A DNA stretch of 64,000 bases from the human T2T-CHM13v2.0 reference genome, Homo sapiens: the NCBI RefSeq assembly GCF_009914755.1, contig NC_060937.1. One strand, 5' to 3'. Shown in pieces: positions 55,675-64,000 of the stretch. The stretch's first letter is position 1; each line of letters opens with the position of its first letter. The position numbers and the translations under genes were made by a program. A model generated the notes under the pieces. That model had not been told where the DNA came from, made no database searches, and worked only from the letters and a program-made list of their open reading frames with translations.

Positions 55675-56892
55675 AGCTTTAGTGAGGTATAATTGATGTA
55701 CAATAAACTGTACATATTTAGGTATATAATTTGATACATCTTTATACATGTATACTCCTGTGAAACCATCACCCATTCTCAGTGAAATTATTCACAACCC
55801 CACAAACTCTCCTCCTGCTTCTTCATAATCATGCCATGTTTTCCCTACCCCCATCTCTGTGCAACCACCCATCTGCTTTCTGTTACTGTTGTATATAAAG
55901 TTTCAGTGCCGCAAAAGAAATAGCACTCGAATATAAAATTTTCTTTTAATTCTCAACAAGGCAAGGTACTTCTACAGAAGGATGCGCCCTACAGATGCAG
56001 CAATGGTGAGCACACACCTGGACAAGGGAGGGAAAGGGGTTCTTATCCCTGACGCACGTGGCTCCTGCTGCGGTGTCGTTCCCTTACTGGCTAGGGTTAG
56101 ACCGCACAGGCTAAACTAATTCCGATTGGCTAATTTAAAGAGAATGATGGGGTGAGTGCTTTGGAGGGAAAAAAAATGGTTATGCAGGATGGAGAATGAG
56201 TCAGGGCAGAGCAGGTAGCAGGTAATCTGAATGAGTCAGGGCGGAGCAGGTGATCGGAATGAGTCAGGGTGGAGTAGGAAATCGAAAAGGGTTGCTTTAC
56301 GAGGAAGTTACTTTTAAAAGTAAAAGGCAAAGAATTGAACACACTGACATATTAATTCTATGAAAAGAAATTTAGAACTCATATCTAACAGTTACTAATG
56401 ATTAGTTTGCATTTTCCAGAATTTTATATAAATGGAAATATATAGTATTTGTGTCCTTTGATGCACCATAATTATTTTGAGATTTATCTATGTCGTTGCT
56501 TAATCGTATTCCATTGTATGGAGATGACACAATTTATTTATCCGTTTTCCTATGGATGGACATTTGAGTTATTTCCAGTTTGGGGCTTTTACAAATAGAG
56601 CAGCTATAAATATTTGTGTCCAAGTCTCTGTAGGGATATATGCTTTCAATTCTTTAGACACCTAGAAGTGAAGTGGCTGTCATATGGTAAGTATATGTTT
56701 AACTTTTGAAGAAACTACCAAATTGTTTACCAAAGTAGTTGTACCATTTTACATTTTTCACAAGGAGGGCATGAGGTTCCAGTTCCTCTAAACCTTTATC
56801 TACAACCAGTATGGTAAGTCTTTTTCATTGTATCTATTCTTATAGGTGTGTAGTAATATCTCATTGTGGTTATTTCCTTAACGGCTAATGAT
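55675..56892 (-). mobile_element. L1MB/MC 3' segment, split by LTR10F
   Basis: gaggtataattgatgtacaataaactg...ggacatttgagttatttccagtttgggg...tctcattgtggtt. Confidence 0.85.
55887..56390 (-). mobile_element. LTR10F (HERV-I family) solo LTR
   Basis: Minus strand TGTTAGATATGAGTTCTAAATTTC...ATATACAACA; perfect TSD gttac; internal repeat with 3 TGAGTCA. Confidence 0.92.
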
Positions 56893-56915
56893 AAACTTCG
56901 ACCTTGATCTCACAT

Positions 56916-58170
56916 TCTGATATTGTGATTTTTATTAAGAAATAAGTATATTTTGGTCTTCCTCCCCAGTTCCTGCCACAAAGATTCTAAAACCCTTGTA
57001 ATTTCCTGAGCAATAGGGGTGCTAGGTGCAGCTTTTTTTCTCATTTTGATCTTTGACCTTGGTTCCTGACACAGAGATCTTAATCTTTTGGAATTTCCTG
57101 GGTGGTAGGAGTGTCTTTTGTTCTAATGAGGCAACTCTTGGTGGGTTCCTGGATGGGGGCTGGTCACCAGAAAGACCAAGCCACAATTAGAAGCTTGAAA
57201 CTTCCAGCCCCACCTCTCCTCTTCCAGGAAGGGGAGACTGAGTTAATAATAGGTCATGCCTATGTGATGAAGCCTCCATTAAAAGCCCTGAACTATGGGG
57301 TTCAGAGAGCTTCCAGGTTGGTGAACAAGAACACATCTACGTGCCAGAATAGTAGTGCACCTCAACAACATGGACAGAAGCTCCTGTACCCTGGACCCTT
57401 CCCAACCCTTTGCATATCCTCATCTGGATGTTCATCTACATCCTTTAAAACATCCTTTGTAATAAAACAGCAATAGTAAGTAAAGCGGTCCCCTGAGTTC
57501 TATGAGTCATTCTAGCAAATGACTGAACCTGAGGAAGGGGGTCATGGGCACCCCAGTTTATAGCCAGTGGTCAGAAGTACCAGAGGCCTTGGGGTCGGTC
57601 GGGGTGGCTCACACCTGTAATCCCAGCACTTTGGGAGGTTGAGGTGGGCGGATCACTGGAGGCCAGGAGTTCAGGACCAGCCGGGCCAACATGGTGAAAC
57701 CCCGTCTCTACTAAAAATACAAAAATTATCTGGGCATGGTGGTGCACACTTGTAGTCCCAGCTATTAAGGGAGGCTGAGGCACGAGAATCACTTGAACCC
57801 AGGAGGTGGAGGTTGCAGTGAGCTGAGATCGCGCCACTGCACTTCCTCCTGGGCAACAGAGTAAATGAGATGCCGTCTCACAAAAATAAATAAAATAAAA
57901 AAATAAAATAAAGGAACTACCAGAGGCCTGGACCTGCAGTTGCCATGGGAAGGTGGGTAGAGAGGTGTCAGGGTTTGGGGACTCAACACTTAATCTGCGG
58001 GATCTGACTCTAACTCCAGGTAGTGTCAGAATTGTAGGACACCCAGTTGGTGTCCACCAGAGAAGTAAATTAATGTGTGGGGAAAATCCCCACATATCTG
58101 TTGACAGACGTCTTCTCTGTTGAGTATTGATAATATAACAGGAGAAATCAGTTTGTTTTCTCCTACCGCA
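56916..58170 (+). mobile_element. MER21 (B-like) solo LTR containing an Alu
   Basis: tgatattgtga...ggggctggtcaccagaaagaccaag...gggatctgactctaactccagg; TSD cacat on both sides. Confidence 0.88.
57593..57912 (+). mobile_element. AluS (Sz-like)
   Basis: TSD gaa(g/c)taccagaggcct on both sides. Confidence 0.95.
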
Positions 58171-58769
58171 CACATATGATATCCAACTATTAACTCGAAA
58201 ATAAATTATAGACCTAAATGTAAAGAAAAATAAAGCTTTTAAAAGAAAATACACTTGCAAAACACATTTGCAACCTTGGGTGGGCAAAGATTTCTTAGGA
58301 TGGGACACAAAAGAAACAATAATTTATAAACATTTATACATTTATACATTATACGTTATACATCTGTGAGGAAACACAGACTGAAAGTGACCAAGTGACT
58401 TAAGATGATACAACTAGCAAGTAGAAAGTCTATGCTTGAGTCTGACTCTAGCCCAGTGTTTTTCTGTGGCATGCCTGATAAGCAGACAGCCAGCAGTGTC
58501 CCGTGAGGAGAGCTGGGGGTGAGTGGCTGGGCATGTCGGGGCATCACCCAGAGACAGCCACATGTAAAAAGGGATGAGGTAAGAGGTAGGGATGGGAAAG
58601 TCTAAGCAAACCAGGGTCAGGAACACACTGAAACCAAGGAGCACACAGACACTGACAGGCTGGGACACAGCTGAGGCTGGAAGCAGGTAAGTGGCATGGG
58701 GACCAGAGGTCAGTGCAAGTCACCGGGCAACATCCAGACAAGAGATCCCAAGTGCAGACTCGGAGACTG

Positions 58770-59100
58770 GCTCACCCACAGAAGCAGAGAAAAGAATGAT
58801 GGCTACCAGGGGCTGGCTGCAAGGAGGGCTGGAGCAAAGTCAACCAAAGAATACAAAATTTCAGACAGGAGGAGTAAGTTCAAGAGACCTATGGTACAGC
58901 ATGTGACTATAGTTACTAACAATATATTGAATTCTTGAAAATTGCCAAGAGAATAGATTTTAAGTGTTCTCACCACAAAGAAGTATGAGAGGTAATGCAA
59001 ATGTTAATTAAATCAATTTAGCCATTCCACAATGTATACATATTGTAAAACATGTTGTACATGATAAATATATATCATTTTACCTGTCAATTTATAAAAG
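58770..59100 (+). mobile_element. L1MA (about 8/9) 3' end
   Basis: agaagcagag...aaaatttcagacaggagg...ttctcaccacaaa...gccattccacaatgtataca. Confidence 0.88.
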
Positions 59101-59819
59101 AAGACATGTTTAATAAATGCACTTGTGAAAACTGTCTCCAAAAAAAAGGAATTAAAAAAAAAAAAGACAGTAAGGACAAAAGCCAATTTTTGGTCAAAGA
59201 GAGGAACCATAGCCCCATGCTGGAGAGAAGACAAGTAGATCAACACAACCAGAAAAAAATCAGAGCCAGGCACAAGCCCTTACAGCGAAGGTGGCAGAGA
59301 CAAGAAGGAAGCTGCCTTGCTCCACCATCGAGCCCACCCCGGCAGAGGTGGGGCAGGGATGGGAGGGTGTGGGGCGGGTCTCAGCAGCCCACCCCAGGGA
59401 GGTGATCATCAGTTTCTCTTGGAGACTGAGACATAAAAAGTCACTGGTGGGAGTTGAGGGTCAAAATGTGATTTATTTGGCATCTTTACTTTCAGTTCCC
59501 AACTTCTGTTTTAATTGTACCTTGATTATGTAGCCTTGAAATGAATACCTGAATTTTTTTTAATCCTACTTATCTTAATGCTTTCAATCACATCATCGAT
59601 CTCACTAATCAGCAGCCTCAACCTGGTGCTTGATTGTGTTGTTTTACAGATCCAGGGGTAATTCTGAAGCCAACAGAAAGGTCCAAATCACCTCTAAACC
59701 TGACAAGAAATCACTCTGTGCCATTCTCCTATAAGAAGATTGGCATTGCCCATCAAGGAAAAGATGCAGAGGGTGAAGGACATGGTGGAGGAGATTTCTA
59801 AAATGCAATGACCCGGCCC

Positions 59820-60443
<624 letters not shown>

Positions 60444-60590
60444 TTAACCTCCAACTTCCTTTACATACAGTTAATGGGTCATTCCATTTGAATTACAGAT
60501 TCTATGGTTTACTCAAGTACAGATAACCTTTGATTCCACATGTATTATTTCTTTCAATGACTTACTATGTTTTCCATTGATTAAAAAAAA

Positions 60591-61075
60591 AACTCATCAT
60601 TTTTTATGGTTGCACAGTATTTCATGGAGTATATGTGCCATATTTTCTTAATCCAGTCTATCATTGTTGGACATTTGGGTTGGTTCCAAGTCTTTGCTAT
60701 TGTGAGTAGTGCCACAATAAACATACGTGTGCATGCGTCTAAAAAAAATGATGAGTTCATGTCCTTTTTAGGGACATGGATGAAGCTAGAAACCATCATT
60801 CCCAGCAAACTATCGCAAGGACAAAAAAACCAAACACCGCATGTTCTCACTCATAGGTGGGAATTGAACAATGAGAACACTGGACACAGGAAGAGGAACA
60901 TCACACACCGGGGACTGTTGTGGGGTGGGAGGAAGGGGGAGGGATAGCATTAGGAGATATACCTAATGTAAATGACGAGTTAATGGGTGCAGCACACCAA
61001 CACGGCACATGTATACCTATGTAACAAACCTGCACGTTGTGCACATGTACCCTAGAACTTAAAGTATAATAAAAT
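60591..61075 (+). mobile_element. L1PA (about PA4) with 5' inversion: antisense 60591-60740, sense 60741-61075
   Basis: gggatagcattaggagatatacctaatgtaaatgacgag...cctagaacttaaagtataataaaa; upstream segment is reverse-complement L1. Confidence 0.95.
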
Positions 61076-61994
61076 ATATATATAAACTTACTCTAATTGG
61101 GTAACACTTGACCTTAAAAGTAAGGCACGTGATACAAAAGATTTAAGGCCTAAGATCAGCTGAACAAGCAAGAGAGTACCTTAACAGATGATCATCCTGA
61201 GGGCTGAGTGTCGGAACATCTTGTCAGAATCACTTGTCTTTTGCTAGGAGGCCTGACCAGCCCAGCCATGTCAGTGCACACATGTAGGCTACCTTTCACC
61301 ATCCTGCTCCAGCTGAGCCATCCTAGGCTAAGCTATAGGCAGAAGCACATCAGAGGTTGGACAGAAAGTAACAAAGTCTCCAGCGATGTCCCAGTACTGT
61401 CAGAGTACGGGACAGAACACCCAGAAGAATAACCATTCACAGAAGTCCAAGACTCCTGAAAGCAGATTCTGCAAACAGCCCCCAGGCTTCTTGGACTTTG
61501 GACCCAGAGCTGTGTTGTCAGGGAGGCCAAACACAGCCCTAAGCCAGCACTGCCCAGTCCAGTCCATGCCCAGAGACTACCTGACTTCCTTTGTGATCAT
61601 TTCAGATTCACTAAAGGAACCATTTGCCTTGGGCAGTGCATTTCTAGGTTAATAGCTTCAACTCCTCACCCTGTAGCAGAGGGTACCACAAAATACTTGG
61701 CTTCCCCTCCTCCCAGAAAAATACAAGTGCAGTTGCAAAATAGAAATGCTTCGAGGTGTGTTTAATCAAAAGGCTCCATCATGTCAGTAAATGTCACATA
61801 ACCCCAAAATAGCACTTGCTATTGTCATAGGCTTGGAGTTCTCATGTGAACTTTGGCCTCGTTCCCCAAATGCCAGCTAACCAAACATCCTGGAGGTCAT
61901 CTGCCACTACATTTTCCACAAAGCCGAAAGAATTAGAGCCATTTAGAGCTGGATGGGCCCTTAGAGATTGACTATCACTTCACAGCTAAGAAAC

Positions 61995-62205
61995 AATGGC
62001 AACAGCTAACATTGATTGACCACATACTATGTGCCAAGAACCATGTCAACATTTAATACTTCCTGTAATCCCCTTCAGAGTTGGTACTTTTATTATTCCC
62101 ATTTGACACATGAGGCTTAAAGAGTGGCTAAGTAATAGGTCCAATGTCACACAGCCAGGAAATAAAAGTGCCCTACCCCCACCTTGGTCCTTTGAGCTCT
62201 GAACT
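61995..62205 (-). mobile_element. MIR
   Basis: cagctaacatt...tactatgtgcca...attattcccattt...aatgtcacacagc. Confidence 0.75.
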
Positions 62206-63849
62206 GCTGCAGTATATTGGCAGCTTCTCCAGCAAACAAGGCTATGGGAACTTCCAGACTACAGAAGCCTGGTGAGACTGTCTTTCGGCTGGAGCTTGCC
62301 ATTTCCATAGCTAGCAAGTCACTTACAATCACAGAAAACACTGCACCTACCTGCACCACAAGCCCAACACCGCAGTTACTGCTTCGTGTTTGTGTTGAAT
62401 CACAAAATGCTCAAACTTCAGGGGGCTTTAGAAGCCACACAGCCCACATCTTCATTGTAGAAATGAGAATGCAAGGCCTGGAGAGATGAAATGGCTTTCC
62501 TAGGATCCCATCACTAGGTAGAGACACAGCAAGGAACAATGTTTTGGAGTTAAAAACAGAATACTGTTCCAGTTACTCCATCTCTATTTTTTTTTTCCTG
62601 AAAATACAGTTGGGCCTACTAGCCCGATGTTAGAAGCTAATGAAAAAGATCATCCTCCTCATCTGAAAAAAATTCCCTCTGCCATTGAGATTATTAACCT
62701 TTTAGAGGCTTTAACTTTTATTTTAGAATTCATGAAACATGTAGCTCAAGGGTCTAATGTGACTTAATTTGAAAAAGGTCAGTTCCCTCTTCAGGGTATT
62801 CTAGCAATTTTATAAAAGGATGTATACATATACAGATTTTTTCCACTAGAGGAACAGGACGATCAAAATTCAGCATTTCTCAGTTGTTTTAGAAGTGATT
62901 GGCCAGCGTGCCTGTGGGTAGATCGCTAAGCTCTCAGCACTGGGGATGCACGTGGAGGAAGGAGAACACGGCCCCTCCATGCAAGCAGTTCAGACTCCTG
63001 GGGAACCTGCTTCCTCTTTTCCCATCCCATGAAAGCAAGCAACAACAGAAGAACTGAGAGTCATGTGCGTTCTTTGGGATTAACTCAGTGTAGGAAAAAA
63101 GAAGAAGAAAGAAAGTGAACAAGGGGTTAGGGGGAACAGAAAACCAGCGAGAGTAAAAGAGAGGGAAAAGAGAGGAAGAAAGATGATGAACGAAGATTAT
63201 CAATGAGGTAGAGAAAAAGCAAATGTGCCACATCCAGGGAATGTCCCATGGCACGGTTATTTGCCGGTGCCAGCAGGCAGAACCCCCAATCCAGACTTAC
63301 TAGATAGGAGCTAAGCTCCAGCCTTGCAGGTGGGTGGTGAGGGTCAGGGCCTGGAAGGACAAATGCTTGATGGATTCTATGCCTTCCTGCAGGGCGGAGT
63401 AAGCTGAGGCCTTATCACTGGGGCAGGAAGGAGATAGACCAGTGAGAACAAGGTGAGTCCTCGCTAGGTGACTGACACAGGGAGTCAGGCCAAGGAATCA
63501 GGTCAGAGGCCCGGGCACCAGAACTAGGGCCACAGAGAGTTGGATCTTGGAGCCAGGCCACAGCACGTTGGTGAGGATCAGGTCACCAGGTGAGGGCTGG
63601 ACCCATGGCAAGGCTTAGATGAGGTTGAGCTATAGAACATTGGCTCAGAACTTTCTGAGTCTCCCTTGTCCATGGTCGACAAGTGGCCCTGGAGACTCTG
63701 ACAAGGCTGGGTAGACAGGGAAAGGGAGGGAGTCAAGTAACTTGAAGTATGGGGAGAAGACAGGTGAGAAGACAAGTGTGAGTGGACAGATCCAGGAGGA
63801 TGGAGACCTGCGGTTTCTGGGAGCCAAGGTCCATGGTATCTAAACTGAC

Positions 63850-64000
63850 CTCATCAAATGGAAGCACATTCAGAACCAGAGAACCCCAAATGTAGTCATG
63901 CTAACCTCCAGGTAAACCTTGAGGGGATGGTGACAGAAACTGGGAATGTTTAGGCTGGAAAAGAGAAAATTCAGCACAGGGGAAGCCATCTATCAACTTA
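63850..64000 (+). mobile_element. L3/CR1 LINE ORF2 3' relic
   Basis: gaaactgggaatgtttaggctggaaaagagaaaattcag matches the CR1 ELGLFSLEKRRL coding region. Confidence 0.65.

Larger units (their letters stand above)
56893..58332 (+). mobile_element. Inverted L1 ORF2 C-terminal segment, split by MER21
   Basis: aaacttcgaccttgatctcaca, then attaactcgaaa...atagacctaaatgtaaa...ggcaaagatttcttag. Confidence 0.7.

Noticed and set aside
57571-58308. Longest ORF in the track (245 aa, minus strand)
   Set aside because: Runs through L1, MER21 and antisense Alu sequence; the [11 protein letters not shown] motif is Alu-derived. Chance read-through.

Overview
Human-type genomic DNA, either intergenic or deep intronic. 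I found no recognisable protein-coding exon, RNA gene or CpG island. The ORF-track entries are chance ORFs or derive from Alu, L1 or ERV sequence. An Alu with all six AluYg6 diagnostic changes points to a human source. The window is a layered set of transposons. Proviruses: a deleted HERV-L/MLT2A provirus inside a hAT element (6.3-8.3 kb) and an ~11.5-kb two-LTR MER50 provirus (21.2-32.7 kb) that carries a deleted L1PB, three Alus and a tRNA-Glu-like cassette. Solo LTRs: MLT1A with nested MSTA, other MLT1 copies, MLT2D, LTR26, LTR10F with three AP-1 repeats, and MER21. Also present: 16 Alus, two L1s with 5' inversions, and many MIR, L2 and CR1 relics. The best leads are regulatory or evolutionary. 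I cannot support a new protein-coding system. Subfamily names come from remembered consensus sequences and need RepeatMasker/Dfam confirmation, and the boundaries of old repeats are approximate.
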